Positions 12,874-26,788 of a stretch of DNA of 64,000 nt are shown here, one piece after another. Every line of letters begins with the position of its first letter. The stretch's first letter is position 1. The notes beneath the pieces are model-generated. The model was given only the letters and a program-made list of their open reading frames with translations. It had not been told where the DNA came from and searched no databases. The translations under genes were made by a program, and so were the position numbers. This DNA comes from Octopus vulgaris (lineage: Eukaryota): positions 208,754,001 to 208,818,000 of the forward strand of contig OX597815.1 of NCBI GenBank assembly GCA_951406725.2, read 5' to 3'.

Positions 12874-13904
12874 GTTTTGTTCTCATTCTGAACCCAGATA
12901 CATATTTCACTTTGGCTCATTATCAAATCTGTTTTTTTTTTACTCACAAAAGGAGGCAACTGTTTTCTGGAATAGCTATCGTAGGCATTTAATAATGCAC
13001 AAATTTTTAAAATTCACTTTAAATTTAAATTTATTTCATAAGGTGTTGAAATTTTCATCTGAAAATAGCGACCTTTTCCCTGACCTAGTTCCACCTCATG
13101 AAATAAATTTAAATTTATAATGAAATTCACAGCCTTCCGTATTATTAAATGGTGAGAATGGCTCTGTTATGATGTAATTGCTTTGGCATTAATATTATTT
13201 TACTATGTTTCTGATCAAGTCAGCAACTGGAGAGTTCCAAAATTTGTAATAGAAGGTGTTCATGAAACCTATGATGAAGAGAAAAAATTAATTACAATTT
13301 TTGTTGTAGCTAATGTTATTTTACGTAATTCTTCTGTGTCAGTACATAATTGTTTTTTATATATGTATGTTTTCCATTAGAAATGTCTTTTAGATATTAT
13401 GGAGAAGGAGGAAGTAATTTTCAAATTAAGCTAAATATAGAATTTTGTCACATGTTTTCCAGGTTTTTATTAACAATCACTTTTGCTCGCAAGCTGATAA
13501 GTTGCTGACGAGCTATGAAATCATCTGTATCAGCTATTTCCATGAATACCTGAATATCAAAAGCATCCCTACAACTCGTAAAATAATGGTTTCAAATTTT
13601 GATTCAATTCCAGTTATTTTAGTGTGTAGGGATTAATTGATTGGTTACATGGACATCAGTGCTTGACTAGTAATTAGTTTATTGACCTGGAAAGGATGGA
13701 TGGCAATTCCAACCTCAGTGGAGTGTGAACTCAGAACATAAAGCCTAAAGAAATACTGTTTAGCATTTTGTCCCCTATGCTAACAGTTCTGCCAGCTCCT
13801 GTCTAAGACGTTATGAATGGAATTAAATATATTCAATGAGACTATTACGTACTGAATTTATATTGAGTGCTCAATTGTATCAAAGTATTAATACTATTTG
13901 AGTT

Positions 13905-14204
13905 ACACTCGCGGAGTGGTTGGCGTTAAGAACCATCTGAACGTGGCCGTTGCCTGCACCACCCTGACTGGCCTCGTGCTGGTGGCACGTAAAAAGCACC
14001 ATCCGGTCATGGCCATTTGCCAGCCTCGTCTCGCACGTAAAAGCACCCACTACACTCACGGAGTGATTGGTGTTAGGAAGGGCATCCAGCCGTAGAAACA
14101 CTGTCAGATCAGACTGGGCCTGATGCAGCCTTCTGGCTTCACAGACCCCAGTTGAACCGTCCAACCCATGCTAGCATGGAAAACGGACGCTAAATGATGA
14201 TGAT
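13905..14204 (+). mobile_element. Family C (RTE 3' end)
   Basis: Same motifs as 9922-10564, (GAT)n tail. Confidence 0.85.
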
Positions 14205-14651
14205 ATTTAATACGAGCGATTATATACACATATATTTTTTAATAATATATTATTATTAATATTAGGAAATCGATATCAAAACTCCTCAGAAAGATATACA
14301 CATGTGAAAAATAATTGTTGTATTAAAAATATATAAATAAATAGATATATATATGTATAAAAATATATGTAAATTTGTATAAGTATAAATATATAATGTA
14401 TATGACAGTTTAAAAGTTTTGAATTAATTATTTAAAGCATCTTATGATCGTTTCACAGAAGAGTTGTCTCTGTAATCAAATCCTATATTGATAAGCATTT
14501 ATAGACCACACTTCTGCTCTTCAGAGATATAAAAGTTGAATTCTGTATAACATATCGAATGGTAGTTTTTAAAAAAAATTTGAAGTAAAACTATAAACTG
14601 GTGTTTGTTTGAAAGATAAATTAAAAATTACTGCTTTTGATGAGTATTTAA

Positions 14652-14872
14652 CCCTTTAGCATTTAAACTGGCCATATCCGGCCAAAAGTATTCTGCCTGT
14701 TTTATGTTCAAACTGGCCAGATCTGGTTTCTCACACCAACCCTACAATATTGTTTTAAAAATTAACAGTTACCTCATCAAAATCTCATAGCTACAAGATA
14801 ATGCACGATTAATTTAAAACAATGTGGATGAAGAAGCATTAATTTTGGCAGAATAATGCAAACACTAAAGGG
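14652..14872. mobile_element. piggyBac-type MITE
   Basis: TTAA|ccctttag ... ctaaaggg|TTAA; degenerate relatives near 16.2, 18.3, 31.65, 32.55 and 51.45 kb. Confidence 0.8.
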
Positions 14873-15351
14873 TTAAATCCATATATACTTCCTTGGTATA
14901 TGGAATTCATTATAGACACAAATCCTTAAATTTTATGGAAGTGGGTGAGTCAAGACTGTAAAGTCGAAAGAAATTCCACTAAGCCTTTTGTCCAACATGC
15001 TAACGGTTCTGCTACCTCACCACCTGTAGCAAAACTTTCTACTATAGGCACAAGGCCTGAGATTTCTTAGTTGGGATGGCCACATCGGCTTCAGTGCTTC
15101 ACTGGCACTTATTTTATTTATCTCTAGAGGTTGATAGTCAAAGTTGACGTCAGCAGAATTTGAACACAGAACATCAAGACAGACAAACTACTACTGAGGA
15201 TTTTTGCCCTGTGTGCTAACGACTCTGCATGTAGAATTATATAAACAAATGTGAATGTCTCTTTCCTTTTTTAAGGCAGTTTTATGTGATTTAGCCCCAC
15301 CCCCCAACATTCAGATTACTCTTTCAAATCTAATGCATATTTATTCACATA

Positions 15352-15765
15352 GGCGCAGGAGTGGCTGTGTGGTAAGTAGCTTGCTAACCAACCCCATAGT
15401 TCCGGGTTCAGTCCCACTGCGTGGCATCTTGGGCAAGTGTCTTCTGCTATAGCCCCGGGCCGACCAAAGCCTTGTGAGTGGATTTGGTAGACGGAAACTG
15501 AAAGAAGCCTGTCGTATATATGTATATATATGTATGTGTGTGTATATGTTTGTGTGTCTGTGTTTGTCCCCCTGGCATTGCTTGGCAGCCAGTGCTGGTG
15601 TGTTTGCGTCCCCGTCACGTAGCGGTTCGGTAAAAGAAACCGATAGAATAAGTACTGGGCTTACAAAGAATAAGTCCCGGGGTTGATTTGCTCGACTAAA
15701 GGCGGTGCTCCAGCATGGCCACAGTCAAATGACTGAAACAAGTAAAAGTATAAAAGTATAAAGTA
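15352..15765 (+). mobile_element. SINE family A, full length
   Basis: High identity to 8779-9220. Confidence 0.92.
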
Positions 15766-16499
15766 TCATTTTGAATTTCTCTATTTTTTTTTTGTGGTTG
15801 TGCTGCTTTTACCAGATTCCCATGACTCTCTGCTGCCATCCAATTCCATTATTATAAATTTGAATTGGGAGATTGAATCATATTGAATCTTTCATTAGCT
15901 GATTACAGAACCATGGATGCCAACCCTGTGGATACATTTTAGTTATTCTTTTGATAGAGATTGGTGACCCTGGCTGTTGATCTTTTAAGATTCTTCTGCT
16001 CAGCATCAGTGCAAGAAGCATTGATGGCTCACCTGAGCTCTCCCACTGCCTCTTCACAATCCATCATGCTGCTGTCCCATGACTTTACTGTATCCCACGC
16101 AGGGTGGCTGAATGGGTGTCATACCTTGTCATGGGGCAACCCATAAGTACACAAGGCACAGTCCTCACTCTTTCAGTTATTTCCAAAATACCTGCAGATT
16201 CAGCATTTTGAATTAATCATGCATTATTTTATAGCTTTAAGATTTCATTGATGTCATTGGTCTGTTTTCAGAATGACATAGTAGGGTAGGTGTGAGAGGC
16301 TAGATCTGGCTGCTTTGAACATAAAACATGTAGAATATTTGAGCTAAATATGGCTGCTTTAAAAATTTAATGGGATAAGGTAGAATTATATTATTTAAGG
16401 TGTTTTAGTTGCTTTATCCAGCTTCTTGGGCAACTCTGGTGAGGCTTTCTTTTAATTGTTTTTACAAAATTATGTATTTGTGTTCTGTACGTATGTGGT

Positions 16500-17165
16500 G
16501 TGTATGTGTGTATGTATGTATGTATGTATGTATGCATGTATGTATGTATGTATGTATGTATGTATGTATGTATGTATGTATGTATGTATGTATGTATGTA
16601 TGTATGTATGTACGTACGTATGTATGTATGTATGTATGTGTGTGTGTGCATGTATGAATGTATGTATGTATGTATGTATGTATGTATGTGCGTGTGTGTG
16701 TGTACGTATGTATGTGTATGTATGTTGTATGTATGTATGTATGTATGTGTGTATGTATGTATGTGTGTATGTATGTTTGTATGTGTGTATGCATGTGTGT
16801 ATGTATGTATGTATGTATGTATGTATGTATGTGCGTGTGTGTGTACGTATGTATGTGTATGTATGTGTGTGTGTATGTATGTTTGTATGTATGTATGTAT
16901 GCCTGTATGTGTGTACGTTTGTATGTCTGTATGTGTATGTATGTATGCGTGTATGTATGTATGTATGTATGTATGTGTGTGTGTTTGCATGCATATATGT
17001 ATATAGATAGGTATGTATGTATGTATGCATGCATGTATGTATATAGGTATGTATGTATGTATGCATGCATGTATGTATATATATGTATATAGGAAGGTAT
17101 GTATGTATGTATGTATGTATGTATGTATGTATGCATGCATGTATGTATATAGGAAGGTATGTACG
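16500..17165. repeat. Long imperfect (TATG)n microsatellite
   Basis: Direct reading; source of the MYVC/HTYI ORFs. Confidence 0.95.
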
Positions 17166-17329
17166 TAGGCATGTCCACATTTGTGTATAATTTCATTACT
17201 GTGCACATGATTCTATCTATAGCTGTCCTTATGTATGGGTCTATGAAATTCTGTGATCTCATTTATTGGTGAAAGATATCCAGCATGGAGAAGCCTAGAA
17301 TGAGATTTCCTTTTCTTCTTTCCTCTTCC

Positions 17330-17330
17330 A

Positions 17331-17371
<41 letters not shown>

Positions 17372-17459
17372 CATCATTAGTATTATTATTATTATTATCA
17401 TCATTAGTATTGTTATTATTATTATTAGTATTAGTATTGTTGTTGTTACTATTATTATC

Positions 17460-17504
<45 letters not shown>

Positions 17505-17515
17505 TATTATTTATT
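17330..17515. repeat. (ATT)n microsatellite
   Basis: Direct reading. Confidence 0.95.
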
Positions 17516-17590
17516 TTTTGTTAAATCCTAATTTTGCTTTTTAATCATACTCAGTAGAGTTGTAAGAAATATTTTGATTAAATCAAGATG

Positions 17591-17881
17591 CTTGATGCTT
17601 GTAAGGTTTCGCCAGTTGTGCTATCTCATCTTGAGTGTAAAAAGACTGCAAAAATACCAAGAAAGCTAAATTGTGTTCATTCGCTACAATTTCAACAATT
17701 TCTTTTGAGGTTTGTTGTATTGCTTCTGTTGAGATTACAAGAGAAAAATTGCTGCCTGGTTACCAACTGGATTATTTTAGCTCCTCTTTGCTACCTGCAC
17801 CTCAAAACTCTTCTGTCTTTCTTTCTTTATCCTCTGTTACTCTGTTATAAATTATCTTTTGCTTATTTTAGTAATTGGACT
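17591..17881 (+). repeat. Long-range inverted repeat, arm 1 (partner 41183-41465)
   Basis: Manual alignment shows 4 substitutions and one 8-nt indel. Confidence 0.95.
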
Positions 17882-17954
17882 GTGGCCTTGCTGGAGTACT
17901 GCTTTAAAGGGTTTCGGTTGAACAAATTGACTCTCATTTCTTACTTAACTTATA

Positions 17955-18262
17955 GGTGTAGGAGTGGCTGTGTGGTAAGTAGCTTGCTTACGAACCACAT
18001 GGTTCCGGGCTCAGTCCCACTGCGTGGCACCTTGGGCAAATGTCTTTTACTATAGCCTCAGGCCGATCAAAGCCTTGTGAGTGGATTTCGTATACGGAAA
18101 CTGAAAGAAGCCCGTCGTATGTATGTGTGTATATGTTTGTGGGTGTGCGTGTGTGTATATGTTTGCGTTTGTCCCCCCAACATCGCTTGGCAACCGATGC
18201 TGGTGTGTTACATACCCGTAACTTAACGGTTCGGCAAAAGAGATCGATAGAATAAGTACTAG
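17955..18262 (+). mobile_element. SINE family A, 3'-truncated
   Basis: Head and core match 8779. Confidence 0.9.
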
Positions 18263-19712
18263 ACTGTGGATTGCACTTGCTTAATTTTTTGTGTAGCGAG
18301 AGTTTAAGACTTGTTTGTTTAACCCTTTAGCATGCAAATCATTTTGTCAAATGTAATGCGTCTTTATTCACAATGTTTTGAATTAACCAAGCGCCATCTT
18401 CCAGCTTTGAGATTTTGATGATGCGATTGTTTGTTTTTAGACTGACATTGTAGGATAGATGTGAGAAACTGGATCTGGCTGGCCTCAGTGTAAAACTGGT
18501 AGAATATATGGGCCGGATTTAGTTGGTTTAAATGCTACAGGATAAAATGATAAGGCTAAATTGGTATGTTTTGTAAGATATGGTATTCTTTACATTTCAT
18601 ATTATCCCCAAAATATTGTGCAGTAAATTATGAATTAATAAAAAAAATCATTATTTGTTGGACTCCTTTTACTAAAAGCTGTCCTTTTTAGTTTTGATTC
18701 ATATTAGAAACCATTCCACTAACTTTTTTAAATACGTTTACCTCACATGAACTTTGTGATGTTATGAAATATTTTTTTTTTTATTTGCAAAGTCCACTCT
18801 CTGTCTCAATCTCTTCTGATATTCTTGTCTCTTTTATCATTCTATCTCTTTCTCTTTCAAGTCCTTGCCATTCTCACAATCTTATTTTCATACCCCCCCT
18901 CCACTCTCCGCTTCTTCTCAACTCTTACTCTTTCATTCCGCTTTCAATTCTTCCGATTCTGATTCCTTTGTTTTCCTCTCTTTCTTTTCTGGCATCTTGT
19001 TTCAGAAATCTTTGTATTTCTTTTGTCCTTTGTACCAATTCAATATGACTTTTCTTCTTCTTTCATATCCAACTCCTATCCTTCCTCCTCCCCTCCGCTC
19101 TCCATCTCTCCCTTCTCTCAATCTTCCCCTTTCATTAGTTTCAGCTAAAGAAACTTTTGTTCGTCCAATCATTAAACACATCTTTGTAGTAAAGATAAGA
19201 GAAATTTTGTTCTTGCTTTTATTGCAGGTTGAATTGTTTAACATTTACATAGTATCGTGTTTATCATAAACGATTACAATACAGATTTACGGAGTAGAAA
19301 TATTGTATTTCAATTGTATTTTGCTGAGTTGAATCGAATGCATTGACTTAGGCTAAGTGGTTTTTCTACGGTGACGTACATTGCCAACATTCTGTCTATA
19401 TGACATTAAAGTTAGCGACTTGTGTTTTTGATGTGTGTCTTTGTTTAAAACCAAACAAAAATCAAAACGCAAAAAAAAAAAAAAACCCAGAAAACAAACA
19501 AACTTGCTTGGTAGAAGAAATAAGGAATCTACATAATTCAGTATACTAAATGTTAAAAGTTGCATTCTGTGTTGCATGCATGCTTCTACATACTCAAAAC
19601 TAACGAACTGCATGTGTGCATTTCTTAAATATTTCTTTATTCCTGTTCATATTAAATATATCAACAAAAAAACAAGAAGGGAAAAAGAAAATCACTATAA
19701 TACGGCTGTGTG

Positions 19713-19771
<59 letters not shown>

Positions 19772-19772
19772 G

Positions 19773-20032
19773 TGCCGCTGACACGTTAAAAGCTCGAACC
19801 GATCGTGACCGATGCCGGACCCTCCGGCCCCTGTGCAGGTGGCACGTAAAAAGCACCCAATCCACTCACGGAGTGGTTGGCGTTAGGAAGGGCATCCAGC
19901 CGTAGAAACTCTGCCAGATTCAGACTGGAGCCTGGAGCGGCCCCTGGCTTCCCAGACCCGGTCGAACCGTCCAACCCGTGCTAGCGCGGAAAGCGGACGT
20001 TAAACGATGATGATGATGATGATGATGATGAT
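19773..20032 (+). mobile_element. Family C (RTE 3' end)
   Basis: ggaagggcatccagccgtagaaa and (GAT)n tail. Confidence 0.87.
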
Positions 20033-20230
20033 ATAGTTAATCCAAACAAGAAAGCACAAAAAAACACAACAACGTGAGGACGTGGAACAAATATAGTATT
20101 ATTGGACGCTAAGGAAAGAAGGAGGGTTTAACGCTTCGAGCGGAGCTCTTCGTCGGAAACATAGGAGAAGGAAAGATCCAGAGAAGGGAAGACAGAGGAA
20201 AAAAAATCGCCAACGGTACACATGAGGTAA
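20033..20230 (-). mobile_element. Penelope-like pLTR fragment with variant hammerhead motif (20126-20160)
   Basis: Minus strand: gttt CCGACGA a gagc-tcc-gctc GAAG cgtt aaac. Confidence 0.6.
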
Positions 20231-20833
20231 TCACCATTCATTTAATGTCCATTTTCCATGCTGGCATGAGCTGGACGGTTTGACAGGAGCTGGCAAGCCG
20301 AAGGGCTACACCAGGCTCCAGTTGGCTATTTTGGTATAGTTTCTATGACTGGATGCCTTTCCTAATGCCAACCACTTTACTGAGTCTACTCTGTGCCCTT
20401 TATAAGGGCGATCATGGGTGCCTTGTCATGTGGTGCCAGTGCAGGTGTTGTGGTTTGAAAGCTTGCGTCTCAGTTATATGGTTTCAGTCCCACTGCTTGG
20501 CACCTTGGACAAGTGACTGCTGCTGTTGTAGCCCTGTGATTTAATTTGGTAGGCAGAAGTGCCCAGTGTGTGTGAAAGTGCTTGTGTCTCTTTTAATGTA
20601 TATCATCATTGTGCCCACTTTTCTATGCTTGTATTGTCTGGAAGGAATCTGGGAAGAATGTTTGATGGCCAGCTGCCGTTCATGCTGTTTCCAAGTAAGT
20701 TGGTAGATTCCCATGACCAAACTTGTTTCCATGGAAAATCGAAAATATAGGCTACTGCTTGCATGAGGGTGACACTCATTTGCAACTGTCCCATGATATC
20801 AGGGAGATGGCCATAAACTCAGATACACATATA

Positions 20834-21234
20834 CTCTTTTACTCTTTTACTTTTTCAGTCATTTGGCTGTGGCCATGCTGGAGCACTGCCTTTAGTCGAG
20901 CAACTCGACCCCGGGTACTTATTCTTTGTAAGCCCAGTACTTATTCTATCGGTCTCTTTTGCCGAACTGTTAAGTGACGGGGACGTAAACCGGGGTCGGT
21001 TGTCAAGCAATGCTAGTGGGACAAACACAGACACACAAACACAAACACACACATATATATATACATATATACGACAGGCTTCTTTCAGTTTCCATCTACC
21101 AAATCCACTCACAAGGCACTGGTCGGCCCGGGGCTGTAGTAGAAGACACTTGCCCAAGATGCCACGCAGTGGGACTGAACCCGGAACCATGTGGTTGGTT
21201 AGCAAGCTACTTACCACACAGCCACTCCTGCGCC
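20834..21234 (-). mobile_element. SINE family A, full length
   Basis: Reverse complement of the 8779 element. Confidence 0.92.
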
Positions 21235-22398
21235 TATGCAGAGTTACTGTGGTTTTTTACCTGGGAAAGGTACTCTTTGAGGCACTATTGTAAGAGTAGA
21301 GGTTTGTTCTTCTCTGGAAGGCCAACAGTTACCTGTGTATGCACATCTCCACATTTTTTGCTGCTCATGTTGTTCAAGGGAAAGCCAAGGGTTGATACAA
21401 GTTCACACCACTGTTACCGTAGGCATTGCAATCAGAATGCTGTGAGCCAGAACATAAGTGGTCAATCACCCTGTCAGACTCTCTGCTAATTCTGCCAACC
21501 CACATGTGCATGTGGGATGCTCACTCATTCATAGTGTCAGTGTTTTGGTTAATGCCAAAACTGAAGACTCATTGACTCAAAAACTTATGGAGATCTACAT
21601 ACACAACACACACACACACACACTTGCTCTCTCTCTCTCTGTCCCTCCCTTTCTCTCTCTATCCTTCTTCCACTCTGTATCCCTCTTCTCTCTCTCTCTC
21701 TCTCTCCCTCCTTCCTCTCTGTATCCCTTTTTCTTTCTCCTCCTTTCTCCCTGTCTCACACTCAAGTTTGATTGTTTGGTATTAGGAACCACTTTATCGT
21801 TTTTGTTTTATTAAAGGCAGTGTGTATATAAAACCCTCTGATTGCTCCCATTGCCAAACATTGTAATTATCTTTCAACTTGCATATTATATGTGTAACAT
21901 GTTTATAATTGAGGTAGTCACCGTTGGGTTTTTGGTTTCATTTTGTGATACTTCTATAAATCATTAATCTTTTCCTAACAGCTTAACTTGGGGCCTTCTA
22001 GGCTACAAATTTCAGGATACAATTAATTTTCAAGTTTTCTTATTTAATTTACAATTATCCAATATAATTTAGCAACTACTTTTTCAAAAAATATGTTCCA
22101 TATTCATTATTAATTAACAACAACATCAATTATTCTACTTAATCCCTCAAAATACCTAATTTTTAAAAATAAATTATTTTCCAACAAACAAGCTGTCCAT
22201 TTCCTTTGGAACTTGGTTACAAACAAGATGAATGCCAGGATTTACATAGCAGTCGTGTACGGACAATGATTCTATATTTGTTTGAAAACAATAGCTGGAA
22301 GTTTGCTTTGCAGATATCTCACTACGAAGACAGAGTGTAAAGAAGAGCAGGGATGAAAATGTGTCCATTGCTCGCTGCATTCATTTCACATAAATCTC

Positions 22399-22778
22399 TG
22401 GCCGATGCCAGCGCTGCCTCGTGGCCGATGCCAGTGCCGCCTCGACTGGCTTCTGTGCCGGTGGCACATAAAAAGCACCATCCGAACGTGGCCGATGTCA
22501 GTCCCGCCTTGGCTGGCTTCCGTGCAGGTGGCACGTTGAAAGCACCAACCGATCACGGCCGATGCCAGACTCCGCTGGCACCTGTGCAGGTGGCACGTAA
22601 AAAGCACCCACTACACTCGCAGAGTGATTGGCGTTAGGAAGGGCATCCAGCTGTAGAAACACTGCCAGATCAGACTGGAGCCTGGTGCAGCCCCTGGCTT
22701 CCCAGACCCCGGTCGAACCGTCCAACCCATGCCAGCATGGAAAACGGACGTTAAACGACGATGATGATGATGATGATG
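22399..22778 (+). mobile_element. Family C (RTE 3' end)
   Basis: Tandem ~60-bp modules and (GAT)n tail. Confidence 0.87.
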
Positions 22779-23535
22779 AATGTGTTGTTTCTTTATCTGT
22801 AAGGATACTGCTTAAATCTGTCTTGAGCTGACCTTTAGAATCAACTCTTAGAAAATGAAAGTGTTTTGTGATTACCAGGAAATGGAGACGGGTATAGTAA
22901 TTTTATTATTTAGTATTTCCGTTCATTAATCCTTTTCATTACCGAATACTTTTGTTCATAGTTGGCTAAATATAAAGTTTTTGTGAAATTTTGTTTTGTT
23001 TTGTAGTTTTTGTTATCCCTTTCAATTTAATACTGATATGGAACAGTATCAATGAGGATAATGCTGTAGATTTTCTACGGGAACCTAATGTTATTCTAAT
23101 GTCAAGAATTGCATATACAATGAATCGTGCATGTGATGGTAATGAAAAATATTTAAAAGAAAGGACACATTTGGAGATGCAATTGCATGGAAACCAAAAA
23201 TGTCAAGTTCAGAACATTCTTTAATATCAGCAGTATTGGCATTTCTGAAATAATGCAAGTGATTTCATGATGGATACTAGAAACAACTGGCGACCTCTTG
23301 TTAGTTCTGTAACTATGATTCAATTGTATCAATATTTCAAAGACATATCGTTAGATATACCATAAGATAAAACATATAGTTCATTATGCTGTATATTTAA
23401 GAGATATTTAAAAGATATAACATGAGATATAGCGTATATATTTCACAGATATAAAACATCATAGGTTAAAATGGGTGATGAAGTGCTGTTGAATGAATAT
23501 CTAACGTTTAAATGAATATACACCCACAAAAGAAA

Positions 23536-23567
<32 letters not shown>

Positions 23568-23648
23568 ATAATAAATATTAGGGAATAAATCCAAATTTAC
23601 AGGGAAAAATCAGATTTAGGATTGAATCCAATTTTATAGTAAAATGTA

Positions 23649-23865
23649 ATATAATATTAATTAGAGACAAAACCACTATTATGCAAATCAAACAAAGAAA
23701 GACTTAATCCAATACATAAAAAAATTTATATAAATTAATTATATTAATTATATCTTAATTATATTTAATTTATATTTAATTTATATAAAATTTTTTATGT
23801 ATTGGATTAAGTCTTTCTTTGTTTGATTTGCATAATAGTGGTTTTGTCTCTAATTAATATTATAT
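23649..23865. repeat. Near-perfect palindrome (~75-85-bp arms) between (TA)n tracts
   Basis: ataatattaattagagacaaaaccactattatgcaaatcaaacaaagaaagacttaatccaatacataaaaaa and its exact reverse complement. Confidence 0.92.
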
Positions 23866-23881
23866 ATATATATATATATAT

Positions 23882-24692
23882 ATCACTGCTGAGATGCTTA
23901 AAACATCTGGTGTGGGCTCTGGCATAGCAGCACCATAGTCAACTGTTACAAGGGTAAAGGTAATGCTTTAGATAGAACTACAGGGGTATCAAACTGCTAT
24001 ATCAGGTGTTGAAGGTCACGGAGAGGGTCATAGCCCAACTAATCAGGGAGAGAGTCTACTTAGATAAAATGCAGTTTGGTTTTGTGCCAGGTTGAAGCAC
24101 CATTGATGCTATATTCCAGGTACGGCAACTGCAGGAGAAATACCTAGCCAAAGAATAGCCTGGGCAAAGTTCAGAAAGCTTCTACCCCGACTGGTAACAA
24201 AGGACTTCTTGTACGATGCATGTGTGTGAACTGCCATGCTTCACGGCAGTGAAACATGGGCCATGACTGAGAGTGTAAGCATCCTGAGAGAAATGTTGTA
24301 CGTAAGATGCATCAGATGTGGCATGCAAGAGAGATGTTTTCATTGGTATGGTCATGTACTATGGGTGGATGAGGAGAGCTGCGTGAAGAAGTACCACTCC
24401 CAAACAGGTGAAGGAATCCTGAGAAGAGGGTGACCGAGGAATACATGGGATGAGGTGGTGAAGCATGACCTTCGAAAGTTGGGCCTCACAGAGGCAATGA
24501 CAAAAGACCGAGACCTCTGGAGATATGCTGTGACTGAGAAGACCTGGCAAATAAAGTGAGTTCACTATTGCAACTTACACCAGTTTCGCATAACCACCCC
24601 CAGCCCATTCAAAAGTACCTTGGATAATAGGGTGACATGCCATGCTTGAGGAGACCTATTGAGTCAAGTACATCAAAACCAATATCAAAATC
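23882..24692 (+). mobile_element. Internally deleted RTE LINE (RT-region fragments + C-terminus + start of 3' UTR)
   Basis: ITAEMLK..YKGKG..NYRGIKLL..MQFGFVPG*STIDAIF.VRQLQEKY..AWAKF..MLHGSETW..WYGHV..TWDEVVKHDL..DRDLWR. Confidence 0.92.
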
Positions 24693-26361
24693 ACCCCTGT
24701 TGTTATGAAGCCTTCCTTTTGAATTGGATCCAAGACTATATCATCAATTGTATTTCTTCCTAGATATTAAGACAGCAGAGCATTATTTGATGGAGATTTG
24801 GCTGCTGTTTCTAGCAGATCTTGTGACCCTATACAACCTCCCTCTTTTGGTTCCTCTTAATCAGGTTATTTTATATGGTTCAATCGGATACAGTCTTAGA
24901 TAGGGTGTTGTCAAAATGTTTCACATCAAAACAAAAGTTCTGGTAATTTCTGAAGTTGCACAGTATATGGTTATATGCCAATGGCTTGAGCAGGTACAAA
25001 ATTTAAAGAATAATTACCTATTGATTGTCAGTCAGTAGAAATTTTTTCAACATGTCTTCCATTAATTTTAACAGGAAGCATCATTTAACGCAATATCTTT
25101 CTTTTTGTCTTTTCCTGTTTTTTTTTTTGTTGGCAGCCAAATAACAAACAATGAAAATACTCATCACATTTACTTGTAGAAAATCTTTGGTTTTTATCCA
25201 ATTTTTACCACTTCACTTGAAACATATTTTCTTTTCTTTTTTCTTTTTTTGCTTGTATGAAGTCAATGTGTTTGATTTTTAATTCTGAGTTCTCATGAAA
25301 ATGTGGGTTAAAAATATGAGCCAGTCAAATAATTTTTCACTGAATCATCATCTTGATTGTGTGTGAAGTAAATTTATATATTTGTAATAAAGTAATCGAT
25401 TAAAACTCAGTGAATAGAAAGAAATAACATTGAATAGTACACAATTTGAATATAGCTGATATATTCAATACCGATAACAGCAACAATCATAACAATTGTA
25501 ACAATATTGAATAATAATAAAACCAATAGCAATAACAATGATGATAATAATAATAATTATTATTATTATTATTATGATAATAATAGTGATAATGGTGATG
25601 ATAATAGATAACAGGTGTCTCTGTTGTTCTGTATGGTGTGGGTGTTCATGTTTACCATTTGAATTCCTTTGTATTTTTTAAAATTAATATCAACATTCAT
25701 AAGTTGTTCATCGTCGTCATCATCGTCATCGTCATCGTCATAAATTTTTTTTTTTTATCTCTTGTAAAATAATTTTACACTGCAAATGTTTGGAAATGTG
25801 CGTGTGCAGTCTAACCTATTCACTGAATTTTGCATTATAACTGGAAACCCGGTTTTGAAGAAAAGAAAAAATATGTTGCGTAGATGTTTACAGAATTCTT
25901 TAAAGGTGTAGTTGTTTGTGTTTGTTTTGCTTTGCTTTCTTACGTGTCTTTGTTAACCAAATGAATATTAAGTGTAAAAGGAATAACGTTTTGTTCCTTT
26001 CTTTCTCTCATATTTGCTATGTCTCTCTCTGTCTTTCTTTCTCTTTCGCTCCCTCTTTCTCTCACACGTTTGTGCATGCACACTCACATGCATTTAAAAA
26101 CACATCCACCCGTTGTGCTATTCTCTGCAATGACCACTATGTCACGTTTTCATTTGTTATATAATGTAAGAATGTTAATGCAGCAGTATTTTTAGATTAT
26201 GAAATAATATATTTGAGAATGGTAAAATACTGTGACATCTATATTTTGCTGGCTCATCAATCACGAAATGCTAATTTTACCCCCTATTTAGTTAGCCCAT
26301 GGCCAACCCCAATCCTGCCATTTTTCATCCACAACATTGTTTTCCTTCATTCATTTGTTTC

Positions 26362-26555
26362 TACTCTTTTACTTGTTTCAGTCATTTGACTGCGGCCATG
26401 CTGGAGCACCGCCTTTAGTCGAGCAAATCGACCCCGGGACTTATTCTTTGTAAGCCCAGTACTTATTCTATCGGTCTCTTTTGCCGAACCGCTAAGTGAC
26501 GGGGACGTAAACACACCAGCATCGGTTGTCAAGCAATGCTAGGGGGACAAACACA

Positions 26556-26638
<83 letters not shown>

Positions 26639-26788
26639 GACAGGCTTCTTTCAGTTTCTGTCAACCATATCCACTCACAAGGCATTGGTCGAGTAGAAGA
26701 CACTCGCCCAAGGTGCCACGCAGTGGGACTGAACCCAGAACCATGTGGTTGGTTAGCAAGCTACTTACCACACAGCTACTCCTGCACC
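26362..26788 (-). mobile_element. SINE family A
   Basis: Reverse complement of the 8779 element. Confidence 0.92.

Noticed and set aside
13493-13534. CTGACGA..GAAA hammerhead-like words (also CTGATGA at 46611)
   Set aside because: No stem II or stem I/III pairing consistent with a hammerhead fold
14438-14485. Minus-strand ttgatta-stem-GAAAC-gatc-ATA relic hammerhead
   Set aside because: Two core mismatches, a broken stem III and no convincing stem I; too degenerate to call
16391-17262. Long ORFs (up to 271 aa) rich in HTYI/MYVC, and similar ORFs at 3.0, 30, 58 and 60 kb
   Set aside because: Translations of (TATG)n/(TA)n/(TG)n microsatellites, which lack stop codons
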